Origin: an uncultured Nitrososphaerota archaeon
GTDB taxonomy: Archaea > Korarchaeota > Korarchaeia > Korarchaeales > Korarchaeaceae
Assembly: GCA_964618805.1 (NCBI GenBank)
Contig: CAZUBM010000002.1
Coordinates: 1-55,312, forward strand
DNA: 55,312 nt
Direction of reading: 5' to 3'
The position numbers and the translations under genes were made by a program. Below are positions 9,363 to 18,601 of the stretch, piece after piece (within the stretch, counting starts at the first letter, position 1; each line of letters begins with the position of its first letter). Under the pieces are notes generated by a model. It did not search any database and was not told where the DNA came from. It saw nothing but the letters and a program-made list of their open reading frames with translations.

Positions 9363-9430
9363 TTTGGCGTAGCGCGCGGATATTAATTCCAGTTCCATAC
9401 TCATGGGACCATTCAACTTCCCCTTAAAAT
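9363..9430 (-). repeat. Partial copy of the GNAT gene leader and first codons (1592-1651)
   Basis: TAATTCCAGTTCCATAC...GGACCATTCAACT(T)CCCCT.AAAAT is shared with 1607-1651; encodes MELELIS and then diverges. Confidence 0.8.
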
Positions 9431-9475
9431 ATAACACATATTACCAAACGCTTTTCACTGATTTCAAATGCCTCA

Positions 9476-9970
9476 TTATTTAGGGTAAGCAGCTTTCAAC
9501 TCCTCAAGGAATTCGCTGATCCTTAAGATTTTGACCCCTATTTTCTCTTCGATCTCTCTTCTCTTGGAGATCAGGGATCTTTCGTCAGTAGAAACTATCT
9601 TTGACCCGGTTTTAAAGGAAATCACTAGGTAAGGAACATCCTTCGGCTCCAGCTCTAGAAGTTTAGAAATTAAGAGGATCTCAGGAGTTCTTCTCAATTC
9701 CTTAAGTAATCCCTCACTTACAGGCCTGTCAAATTCCTGAACCACGAAGTCAGAGTTAAGGATGATCCAGAGGTCCCTTTCTATGGGCTTGGAGTCTAAA
9801 CTTAACCTATACGATATCCTCTTCAACGCTCTGGTTACTTCCGCTACACAATATGAATTGACCACAACCCGAACCTTCTTCCTTAGAATAAGTCTGAGAC
9901 CTTCCAAACACTCTTTATCGGAACCAAGCAATCCTCTTATCCAAACTCCTGCATCGAGCACATAGCTCAA
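9476..9970 (-). CDS. PIN-domain putative toxin
   Basis: YVLDAGV...AEV...KDVPYL...VSTD; ATGA overlap with the RHH gene. Confidence 0.75.
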   Translation of the reverse strand: MSYVLDAGVWIRGLLGSDKECLEGLRLILRKKVRVVVNSYCVAEVTRALKRISYRLSLDSKPIERDLWIILNSDFVVQEFDRPVSEGLLKELRRTPEILLISKLLELEPKDVPYLVISFKTGSKIVSTDERSLISKRREIEEKIGVKILRISEFLEELKAAYPK

Positions 9971-10275
9971 GACGTTGATATCCTCCTTATAAGCTCCTCA
10001 ACTTCATCCCTGGCTGCAGCCAGTTCTTCCTCAACTAACTTCTTAGGAACTTTTTTGGAGAGCATTCTTTCCAGAGCTGATAAAGCGTCCCCTCTCTCGT
10101 TTGATAGCTCGTCCATCGCTTGGAGACCAAGAATCCAGATCTCCTTTCTCAATATGGAGTCCCTGACGGCTTCTCTTACGAATTCAGCCTTGCTTGTATA
10201 TCCAAGAAGCTTTATCATTTTGGAAACCAATTCATCAAGCTCCTTGGGAACTTTCACCGTCCATATTGTTGACAT
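9967..10275 (-). CDS. CopG/RHH putative antitoxin
   Basis: WTVKVPKELDELV...GYTSKAEFVREAVR. Confidence 0.8.
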   Translation of the reverse strand: MSTIWTVKVPKELDELVSKMIKLLGYTSKAEFVREAVRDSILRKEIWILGLQAMDELSNERGDALSALERMLSKKVPKKLVEEELAAARDEVEELIRRISTS

Positions 10276-10281
10276 ACAGAA

Positions 10282-10306
10282 GTATTTGTAAATACCAAGG
10301 TATTTA
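10282..10306 (-). promoter_or_regulatory. Putative TA operator with three GTATTT half-sites
   Basis: GTATTT-GT-AAATAC overlapping TAAATACC-AA-GGTATTTA just upstream of the RHH start. Confidence 0.55.
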
Positions 10307-10631
10307 TTCTTTTCTAGACGATTCCAAGAGTAATAGCTAGATAGAAATTCCCATAACTATGCGATGAGCATCCTCGAATGGAATTATCAGCCCTCTTGAG
10401 GCCAAAACACGAAATATGTCTCAGCAAACTGATGGTTAGACATGCATCCTACTTCTAGAAGGTACGACGAGATAGCAGATCCCGACTCAAGGGATAACTT
10501 CTGTTTACGTCGTGTTTCAAGTTTATGAAAGAAGAACTCAGATGAGGCAGGGAAGCTTACTGATTTTCCAGGGAAAAGAAATGACAAGACTTCTTTACAT
10601 TTATTAAAGTGTTCTGTAGAATAATTGGAGA

Positions 10632-11006
10632 ATGGAGAAGATCGTCAAGGTTTTATCATCGAAGGAAGAAGTGCTCTTTGCCTACCTCTTTGGATCAGCT
10701 GCAAAGAAAAAGACATCGAAGTTAAGTGATGTCGATATAGGCGTGTACCTAGATAAGTCCTTGTTAAGAGATGAGATGATTGAAAAAATAATCGAGCTTG
10801 CAAGCGAGCTTGAGCCCGGAATTAAGGTCGATATGGTACTCTTAAATGAAGCCTCTCCAAGCTTGGCTTTCGAGGTGATAAGGGGAAAGCCCCTGTTTAT
10901 TAGAGACGAAAATGCATTAAAGGAGTTCGTTTACATGACCCTTAAGCGCTACCATGATAGAAGATTTTACGATCTAAGGTGGGCAAAAGCCATTTTGTCT
11001 AGGTGA
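10632..11006 (+). CDS. mntA: Minimal nucleotidyltransferase antitoxin (type VII TA)
   Basis: YLFGS-x10-DVD and VDMVLLN motifs. Confidence 0.88.
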   Translation: MEKIVKVLSSKEEVLFAYLFGSAAKKKTSKLSDVDIGVYLDKSLLRDEMIEKIIELASELEPGIKVDMVLLNEASPSLAFEVIRGKPLFIRDENALKEFVYMTLKRYHDRRFYDLRWAKAILSR

Positions 11007-11010
11007 TAGC

Positions 11011-11433
11011 ATGTATTTCTCTGAGAAGATAGCTAGGAAGATAGCTCTGTTAGAGAGGGCCCTTGCTTATCTTAGATCCAGAGCCGACGTCAAACCCATA
11101 GATGTGGAAAATAACTATGAGCTAAGGAGCGCCTTAGAAAGGAATCTACATGTTGCTATTGAGGCTGCTTTAGACATTGGAGAAATGATAATTGCCGAAG
11201 AGAACTTGCCTAGACCAGAGGAGTATAGAGGTGTTTTTCTTGCTTTGGGAAAGGCGGGCATAATCCCAGAAGATTTCGCAAAAAGGATAGCGCCCATGGC
11301 GGGGTTCAGGAACATCCTAGTTCATCAATATAACGAAATAGATGTTGATCTGATGTGTAAGTTCATTAAGGAGAGATTGGACGATCTTGAAGAATTCGTA
11401 TCATACATAAGAAAATATGTTAAGACCCATTGA
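11011..11433 (+). CDS. hepT: HEPN/DUF86 RNase toxin (type VII TA)
   Basis: ER.L...IEA.LDIG and GFRNILVHQY (Rx4HxY); 4 nt downstream of the MNT gene. Confidence 0.88.
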   Translation: MYFSEKIARKIALLERALAYLRSRADVKPIDVENNYELRSALERNLHVAIEAALDIGEMIIAEENLPRPEEYRGVFLALGKAGIIPEDFAKRIAPMAGFRNILVHQYNEIDVDLMCKFIKERLDDLEEFVSYIRKYVKTH

Positions 11434-11642
11434 ATTCAATTTTTCAAACTTTACTCTTAGAATTTGGCATCATCTTAACGGACAGCCCCTCAACAAATTC
11501 TTGAAAGGCTGTGGTTATACTTTAATATCCTCCAGGAGTTAAATTGGACTTCGAAAACGTTAATGTAGTTGTCCATATGAAGGATTATAAGCGGTGCGAG
11601 ATAGAGGTTAAGGAGAGGCTAAACTATATTGCTTTAGACATC

Positions 11643-12545
11643 TTATTTCCCCTTCCTTGCCAGCTTAAAGTAGGATAAGGGCGCTCTTCTGGTCTCCACG
11701 TATTCTACTTTACCTACTATTTCCTTCCAATCATTATTATTCGAAACGATATCAAGCCTTATCCAAAGGTCTTTTATACCATACCAATAGGTTTTCCATG
11801 CATCCTCTAGAATCTCGTTTCTTATCTCTCCGATCAAGGGTCCCTTGAATAGATACTCATCGTTAAACTCTCCTTTTTCATCTGAGACAAAATACTTTAT
11901 GCCATCTGGCTTCCATTCTAAGCCTAGAACGATCCAACCCCTTTTTTCTTTAAGATTGAAGTCTTTAAAGTGTGTTCTTGCGCGCTCTTTGATATATTCT
12001 TCATTTTTGTCATCCATACAATGAGCGAAAATATCACCAGAAGCTCTGTCAATTCCTATCAAATACCTGTACTTTTCTTTGTTGCCAAGCGCCCAAACTG
12101 CTATATTTCCCTTCCTTGCAGTACTTTGAACAAAATTCAGTTTTACTTTAACCCTTATCAAGTTAAATCCAGCTTTCTTTGCACGTATTTGTCCTCCTTC
12201 CCACTCATAGATTGTTCTTGCAGCCCCTTTTCTTTTCCTCGAAGTTAATTTTATACCGTCCTCTTCCCTTGTTACCACAAATTCTATATTTTCCTTAGAA
12301 GTTCCTCTGATATGATCAAGCGTAGAGCTCCATTTCGCTTCTAGTCCTTCTTTTGTAAAATCGCTATATTTTCGAATAAGCAGCTTCTCGTTTAACCAAG
12401 GAGTAAGCTCAGAAATGAGAAACATTGCTATAGACCCAAACATTCCTGCAATTAGATCTATCAATATCTCTATCGCTTTTCTGGCATAGTCCAAGATTCT
12501 CTTCTTATTAAGATCCATTTCCCTCTCACGGATTGTAATGATCAA
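11643..12545 (-). CDS. Hypothetical protein with an N-terminal hydrophobic segment and a possible ConA/LamG-like beta-sandwich
   Basis: 300-codon ORF; WIVLGLEWKPDGIKYFV resembles a GH16/LamG strand pattern. Start may be 12518. Confidence 0.6.
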   Translation of the reverse strand: MIITIREREMDLNKKRILDYARKAIEILIDLIAGMFGSIAMFLISELTPWLNEKLLIRKYSDFTKEGLEAKWSSTLDHIRGTSKENIEFVVTREEDGIKLTSRKRKGAARTIYEWEGGQIRAKKAGFNLIRVKVKLNFVQSTARKGNIAVWALGNKEKYRYLIGIDRASGDIFAHCMDDKNEEYIKERARTHFKDFNLKEKRGWIVLGLEWKPDGIKYFVSDEKGEFNDEYLFKGPLIGEIRNEILEDAWKTYWYGIKDLWIRLDIVSNNNDWKEIVGKVEYVETRRAPLSYFKLARKGK

Positions 12546-12807
12546 TCAGAGGGCTCATTTCACAACTTTTAAGCCTTCCTTCATGCAGGAGATTTGTTGC
12601 ATTACTCATCCACTCCCTAATATTGAGAAAGCCTCTAGTCCTATCAAATCGTCTTAAGAGCAGAACTAGTGGGAGAATTGAATCCAAATCCAACTTTGAA
12701 TTTTTCTCTTTAAGATCAAAAATGCCTTTCGTTTTATCTCGCATAATAACACTAATTGAGCCCAGTTTAATCCAGATAAGAAAGCCAAGACGTAAAATCT
12801 AGGAATT

Positions 12808-13665
12808 TTAGAGCCCTAAGCCACTCCATTCTGCGAACTCCCTGAGGAAATTTGAAAATTCCTGCTTTACATCCTGCCTGTCCTCAGGGATTTCTTCCTC
12901 AGTCCCTATTCTTCCAAAAGATACTTTAAGGGGTATAAAGGAGGAGAAAACCTTCAGATTCGGGGATACCCTGTCCTTAAAGAATTCCAGATAAGTCCAA
13001 ATGTACCTTTCCTGCTTGCTCCCCCTTCTAACCATGTTAAACACGAGGCCTACCTTAGAGAGCAGCTCCTCCTTCCTCATATTCGTAATCTTAGGAAGCT
13101 CATTAAGCATCATCTCAGTCCTGTAAACATCGATTATCGAAGGCCTAAGGGGGACAATACACTTATCCACTCCATAGAGGACCATGATAGCGTACTTCCT
13201 ATCATAGAAAGGAATGGTATCGATTATCGTGCAATCATACTTCTTTCTTACATCTAGCGCTTCTAACAAATCCTTCAGGATCAACTTCTTCCTTTCCATC
13301 GAGCCATACCAGAAAGAATCCACAACCCTAGTTAGGCTTAGGTCAGACGTGATAATGTCTAACTCTAAATCTTTGTCTGATGGAAAGGCCCAGGAAACCA
13401 GATAATCTTTCAGACATACCCTTTCGCCCTCAATTATCTTCGTGAAGATGTTAGGAAGGGTCATCCCCCTCTTTTCATATACGATCAGGTTTACCCTCTC
13501 CTTGATTAGAGTTAAAGAAAGGGAGATGCTAGGATCCATATCTATCAGAAGAACTTTCTTGCTGGCTTCTCTAAGGAACCATCCTAAAAGCAGGGCAAAA
13601 GTTGTTTTTCCAACTCCTCCAGGAGCAGAGAAAAAACCAAAAACCTTTCCATCTCCTTTGGACAT
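12808..13665 (-). CDS. ParA/MinD-family ATPase
   Basis: SAPGGVGKTT, VLLIDMDP, YD.TIIDT.P, LVFNMV. Confidence 0.85.
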   Translation of the reverse strand: MSKGDGKVFGFFSAPGGVGKTTFALLLGWFLREASKKVLLIDMDPSISLSLTLIKERVNLIVYEKRGMTLPNIFTKIIEGERVCLKDYLVSWAFPSDKDLELDIITSDLSLTRVVDSFWYGSMERKKLILKDLLEALDVRKKYDCTIIDTIPFYDRKYAIMVLYGVDKCIVPLRPSIIDVYRTEMMLNELPKITNMRKEELLSKVGLVFNMVRRGSKQERYIWTYLEFFKDRVSPNLKVFSSFIPLKVSFGRIGTEEEIPEDRQDVKQEFSNFLREFAEWSGLGL

Positions 13666-14570
13666 AGCAATCCTACCTTTCTCTACTTACTTCAATAAGA
13701 GAGAATGCATAAATAATCTTACAGCCCTCCGTATCTTTGGCAGCTGGCGATGTTTCCATGAAGACGACCATGGTACCAAAGATCTCTTGTAGAACTTTCG
13801 AAGGCATCACATTAATTTCCTATACCCTTATTTCTTTTAGTTTCGCCTCAGACTTGGCTCTCATATCTCTATACACGTCTTCAGGAATTTTTCCCCATTC
13901 ATATATCACATCCAATGTTCTCAAGAGATCCAATAATTCTTTAGCCTTAACTAGTTTCTGAAAGGATTTTCGCAGTAGAAGCTTGTATAGCTACCTTTCT
14001 TCTTTCAATCGTATCTGATAATAGGAGGCTACTAAAAGCATCGCACCAAGTAAGCATACGAAAATCCCTGAATCAGAAGAGATCCTGCTCGCTAAATCTC
14101 CTCACTGAAAAATTCCAATAAAAGGCAATCCCAGAACGAAGTTCGTATCCTTGCCTATGTATAATGAAATGCCCGTTTGGTATTTGAGGCCACAGCTATG
14201 TACTACCATCCGAGGATATGGCTAATGCCGTATATCCCTATCTACCCTTTTCTCCAGAGTAGGGAGATAAATGGTTTTCCACCAACTAGCAAGACTTGAG
14301 AGGAAACGAGATTTAAAAGAGGAAAGTAAATGTTTTAGCGCTGATTCCTTTTATTTTATCATCATTGATGTCTGCTAACGTTAATAATTCTTTCTTTTAA
14401 AAGACGTTAGTATCGTAAACCTGCGGGATTAGAAAAATACATATGATGGAGAAAGATTGCTGCCCGAATGCTTTCAGGAAAAGGGTAGAAGCGACATATT
14501 CTTATCTCATATGCTTTGATGGCAAAGAAAAGGGTAAAAAATTTCAGTGTGATAGGTAAACGGGGTTGTT

Positions 14571-15644
14571 GTGAGCAAAAAACGTTGGGCCCTTGTATTT
14601 CTTTGGACGTTGTGGGTGCTACTGGTAGGGTACTCGTCTGTTCAAAGTCATAACATCGTGTTTCTTGCCTACACATGGGCTTTCTTCATACCATTGTTCC
14701 TCTTCTTTATTTATGGCATTCGACGCATGCGTACCCCGGAAGGTTGGAACAAGGTTGAGCTAGCCAAGGTTTCATTTGCCATAGCATCCTTGATCTTGCT
14801 AGGTGCATCCAGCGTGCAGATTCTGGTGTATCGGTCTAAGATAGGACCGTATGCCCATCTCGTTAACGCAAACCTAAGATTTACATATCTGATTGAGGTA
14901 GATCTTCACGGAGCTGATCTTTCAGGAGCAGATCTCTTTAAAGCCAACCTTACAGGAGCAAATCTGAGCGGAGCTAAACTCAAAAATGCAAACCTGAGGA
15001 AAACAATTCTTGCAAGAGCCGATCTAACAGGAGCTGACTTAGAAGGGGCTATACTCAATCAGACAGATCTTACAGATGCTATTGGAATAACAGATGAGAC
15101 TCTGGCTCAGACCCTAGGAGTCTCGATCGAGCAGTTGGCATCTGCCCTGATCCAGAAGAAAATAAGGCTTGAGCAAAGGGAGCATATCATGAGCTCCTTA
15201 AAAAACATCTGTTTAGGACAAGGAAACGAAGAAGCTTGTGCCTACTCTCCAGATGAAAGTTTTCATCCCGTAATATTGCTAGATAGCCGGGGAGAAAGAC
15301 ACACTTGGAGCCTTAAGATCAAGAAGTTGAATTGGGAGCCGATGGCCCTTCGCTTCTGCCAATTGGTAGCTGTTGTTGGAGAGGAGGAGGCAGTGGCTAT
15401 CCAGACATGCAAGTACACTGTGGGAGGTATGCCAGCTCCTCCTATAACTAGGTACCAATACAAGCTTGAGGTTCGCCTTTTCTGCGCGAAAACAGGGCAG
15501 CTAATAGCGAGTCAAGAGTTTTTTGGAGGATATCCAAGGCCGTGTCCGAAGAAAGCACCCGTCGAGCAAACTTCGATATATGGTGGGCATGTAGGCTTTG
15601 AAGATCTTGAGGAGTGGCTGAGGAATTTTGTGAATCCACCTTAG
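14571..15644 (+). CDS. Membrane-anchored pentapeptide-repeat protein with a Cys-rich C-terminal domain
   Basis: Three N-terminal hydrophobic helices, then A(D/N)LxG repeats (ADLSGADLFKANLTGANLSGAKL...), then a domain with several Cys. Confidence 0.85.
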   Translation: MSKKRWALVFLWTLWVLLVGYSSVQSHNIVFLAYTWAFFIPLFLFFIYGIRRMRTPEGWNKVELAKVSFAIASLILLGASSVQILVYRSKIGPYAHLVNANLRFTYLIEVDLHGADLSGADLFKANLTGANLSGAKLKNANLRKTILARADLTGADLEGAILNQTDLTDAIGITDETLAQTLGVSIEQLASALIQKKIRLEQREHIMSSLKNICLGQGNEEACAYSPDESFHPVILLDSRGERHTWSLKIKKLNWEPMALRFCQLVAVVGEEEAVAIQTCKYTVGGMPAPPITRYQYKLEVRLFCAKTGQLIASQEFFGGYPRPCPKKAPVEQTSIYGGHVGFEDLEEWLRNFVNPP

Positions 15645-15664
15645 ATGCGGTTGAATGTTATAGG

Positions 15665-15810
15665 AAAGAAATGCCTCAAGACCAATTAATTCCTGTCAGA
15701 AACTTCCTTGATCAACAGGAGCTTGGATGCATCTTTTACATAGAGCTTCAATGAGCTTCCCCTATCTTACTTAGTGTCTTGTTTATGAAGCCCTTCAGGG
15801 CAACTGCTTA
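15665..15810 (-). pseudogene. Degenerate vapBC relic paralogous to 7200-7870
   Basis: KGFINKTLSKIGEAH* / LKLYVKDAS..KLLLIKEVSD versus KGFINKAIREMREAH* / MKVYVVDAS...LVEELSD; the CTTCAATGAGCTTCCC junction is shared. Confidence 0.75.
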
Positions 15811-15821
15811 CTAGAACTTGA

Positions 15822-17090
15822 TTAAACCACTCTTTTGACCAAATCCTTCATCTTAAGCCCTTCGATCACTGTTCCAAGGATCCTTGGTGGATAGTCTCCG
15901 AGGCCAACTACGACAGCCTTGCTCCTAGGCCATACTACATCTGATTCCAGGGCTATCTCATAATGTATGGAGAACTCTGCTGGAAGATCCCTCTCTATCC
16001 TAATGCTCTCCTTCGGGCATAGAACCTTGCCTATACTCATTTCTCCATCCTTAAAGACTAGCTTTTCAACCTTCAAAGGCCTCACCCATTTGTTCCTTAT
16101 CTCGATGACTTCACCCCTTTGCTCCAATGCTAAGTGCTGCCCAAGTCTGAACTTCTCGCCAAAGAATCTGACAACAGGCTCTGCCGATGTGATTTGCCCT
16201 TTATTAACCTTAGCTATCATCTGAAGCCTGTAGTCCACATCGAGCACGTAGAGGTACTTATCCGAGTACTCCCCCAAAATCCCTTGGTAGAGCTTTTGTT
16301 CCCCGTCTAGGTCATCAACTCTAACAGCAACAAGCCTTCCGATGCTGTTCTCTAGGAGAGGATCATAGGACTGAGCTACTGTTGCACCAATTGCCTTTGC
16401 CTCAGCCTCCTCAACAGCCTTCCTCAAATCAGCGGGCAATCCGGTCATAAATGCTCCAGTTGAAGAGGATATGGCAGATGTCAGCTTGTCCTTGACGTAG
16501 CTTAAGGCATTATAGGTTCTTCTCCTAGCTCTCTTGACGAAAGGCTTTACGTAAAGATCAGAGAGTTCCTTCCACCTCCTTCTCCTCTCATCCTCACTCA
16601 TCGCGTCGACAAAGCTTACTATCATCCAAAGGTTGCCGAGCTCATTTGAATAAACTTTCTTGGATACCATGCTCGGAGGAGCCCATGAGTCAACCTTTAT
16701 GTCATCTAGCGAAGCATCCTTCTCTATAAGTCCGTGCTCCTTTAGGTGCTCCATGAGAATCTTTGCCTTTTCAAGAAACCTTTCATTCCCGGTTTCATGA
16801 TAGTTTTCAAGGAGGAACCCTATCATTGACTTGGGATTCTCTATGCCAGAGCATGTGTAGAATACTTCAAATCCTCCTTTTGCCCTTGGAGGGGTCTCTA
16901 ACCTGCCGTAGTATGCCTCTTTCCCCAAGAAGAGGAAGACATTCTTGCCTCTAACTAGCTTAAGCACCCTATCAACGGAGAACATGTCCACAATAGAGAA
17001 GATTATGGAAAACGAGATGCCTAAGCCCATGAGGTAGAGAATCGGCTTAAGTGATTCCAATACATGCCCGATTGTCTCATTCCCTCCCAT
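15822..17090 (-). CDS. Hypothetical membrane-anchored protein
   Basis: 422-codon ORF with one N-terminal TM helix; no motif recognised. Confidence 0.7.
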   Translation of the reverse strand: MGGNETIGHVLESLKPILYLMGLGISFSIIFSIVDMFSVDRVLKLVRGKNVFLFLGKEAYYGRLETPPRAKGGFEVFYTCSGIENPKSMIGFLLENYHETGNERFLEKAKILMEHLKEHGLIEKDASLDDIKVDSWAPPSMVSKKVYSNELGNLWMIVSFVDAMSEDERRRRWKELSDLYVKPFVKRARRRTYNALSYVKDKLTSAISSSTGAFMTGLPADLRKAVEEAEAKAIGATVAQSYDPLLENSIGRLVAVRVDDLDGEQKLYQGILGEYSDKYLYVLDVDYRLQMIAKVNKGQITSAEPVVRFFGEKFRLGQHLALEQRGEVIEIRNKWVRPLKVEKLVFKDGEMSIGKVLCPKESIRIERDLPAEFSIHYEIALESDVVWPRSKAVVVGLGDYPPRILGTVIEGLKMKDLVKRVV

Positions 17091-17591
17091 ATAGCTTCAA
17101 AATGACTAGAAAATTGTAAACAGCTTATAACTCTTAACATGCTAAGAAGCCTGCTAAGAATGAAGTACAATAATTTATCATAAGAATTATCCAAAATTGA
17201 TCTTAGAAGCCGAAGGGATAGGTAAATATGGATAATATGAATAGAGAGACGGAGATGAAAAGGATCAGTATATTTCTATTAGCAATCTTATCGTTGGGTT
17301 ATTACTACGTTTTGAATCGGGACCCAAATTGGTTTGGAGAGAAGAATATGGATCCTTTGCCTGTTACAGATATCATCGACCTAGGCGACAAAATGTGAAG
17401 TTACAAGCTAAAATTGTTTGATATTTATTCGGAGCATTACCCTGAGTTAAAAAGCCAGAAGTTTCGTTCAAGTCTGCAGCATAAGGAATGGTTTAGAAGA
17501 GTAATTAGCAGTCAGCAAAACCTTCAAGTAATTAGCGGAATAATGCAACTACCCCAACCTTGTACAAAGCCCTGCTTTTCCACTTGATTTA

Positions 17592-18419
17592 TCATGTCTG
17601 TCCATCCCTTCTAACGTCCTCTAGCAGGAAGACTAACTTAAGGAAATTGGGAGCATGCTCGAGATGTGGGAACAATGCTCCCGTTTTTTCTATATATTTC
17701 CTATGTCTCTCACCAGACCTCCTTGTTAGTTCATCATCCTCAAGCCTTATCTCAATAAGGGCTGGGATTAGGAAAATTAAGGCGGTTAAAACAGCCATCA
17801 AATTGTTTATCAAGAGAGCAAAGCCTAGGGTCAAGCAGAGGTTACCTGCATAAATGGGATGTCGTACGTACGTGTATATACCCGATCTTATTACCTTTCC
17901 TTCCTCTGGAAAGAGCGTGTAAACCCCCAACAGATGCGCGAGGCTTATCTCACCAGTTACCGCTGGTATGGATAGAAGAAAGCAATAGATTACGAGGAAA
18001 ATGCCAAGCGGAACTGCAATCCAGCTAGGGAGGAGCTGGGTTCCTCTAACTAAAAGGGGATGAAATATAAGAGCGGACCAGCACACAAAGATCGGGATTA
18101 TTCGAGAGAAGAAGTAGATCCTAAAGGCCTGCTCTCTGTACTTCGCTCGAAATAACGGGGCCTCTACCATAGCCATGTACTCTAAGTTTGCGGTTATTAA
18201 TGCGACAAGAAGCTGGCTAACCAATGGTCCATACCAAATGAGCCTGTCAAGCCACCAGAAGAAGATCATCCATGCTAAAACAACCAAGATAACAAAAGCA
18301 ATTATCAAACCTGTCTTCCAGGAGCTTCTTAGCTCTGGAATTTTCTCCTTAATTAGATCAAAGCCCAAATCCTTCTCCTTAAACAGCTCTATCACCTTTT
18401 CAAAATAAATAGATCTCAT
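17592..18419 (-). CDS. Isoprenylcysteine carboxyl methyltransferase/PEMT-family membrane protein
   Basis: SGIYTYVRHPIYAG...EDDEL...KY...GALFP with multiple TM helices. Confidence 0.85.
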   Translation of the reverse strand: MRSIYFEKVIELFKEKDLGFDLIKEKIPELRSSWKTGLIIAFVILVVLAWMIFFWWLDRLIWYGPLVSQLLVALITANLEYMAMVEAPLFRAKYREQAFRIYFFSRIIPIFVCWSALIFHPLLVRGTQLLPSWIAVPLGIFLVIYCFLLSIPAVTGEISLAHLLGVYTLFPEEGKVIRSGIYTYVRHPIYAGNLCLTLGFALLINNLMAVLTALIFLIPALIEIRLEDDELTRRSGERHRKYIEKTGALFPHLEHAPNFLKLVFLLEDVRRDGQT

Positions 18420-18601
18420 CTCAATGTGGTATGGAATGTTCGATTTAGTGATGATCCATGAAGCATGAGTAAATGCAGACTACAAACCTCTCCGTTGAAA
18501 ATCCATTCAGATTTTTGTCCATTATCCTCTCCATATCTCGGTGATGTTTATTCTCTTTTTCTTTAGCTTTGAAATTAATGCCTTTTTAATAAAGCTAGCT
18601 T

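Noticed and set aside
11980-11985. GCGCGC inside the 300-aa ORF as another junction motif
   Set aside because: Only 6 nt and within an uninterrupted reading frame (ERAR).
13680-14330. Gene relics upstream of parA
   Set aside because: Stop-interrupted frames are visible on the minus strand but no family could be recognised.
14373-14412. CTAACGT...ACGTTAG inverted repeat as an attC site
   Set aside because: About 40 bp, shorter than known attC sites, with no L-box structure.
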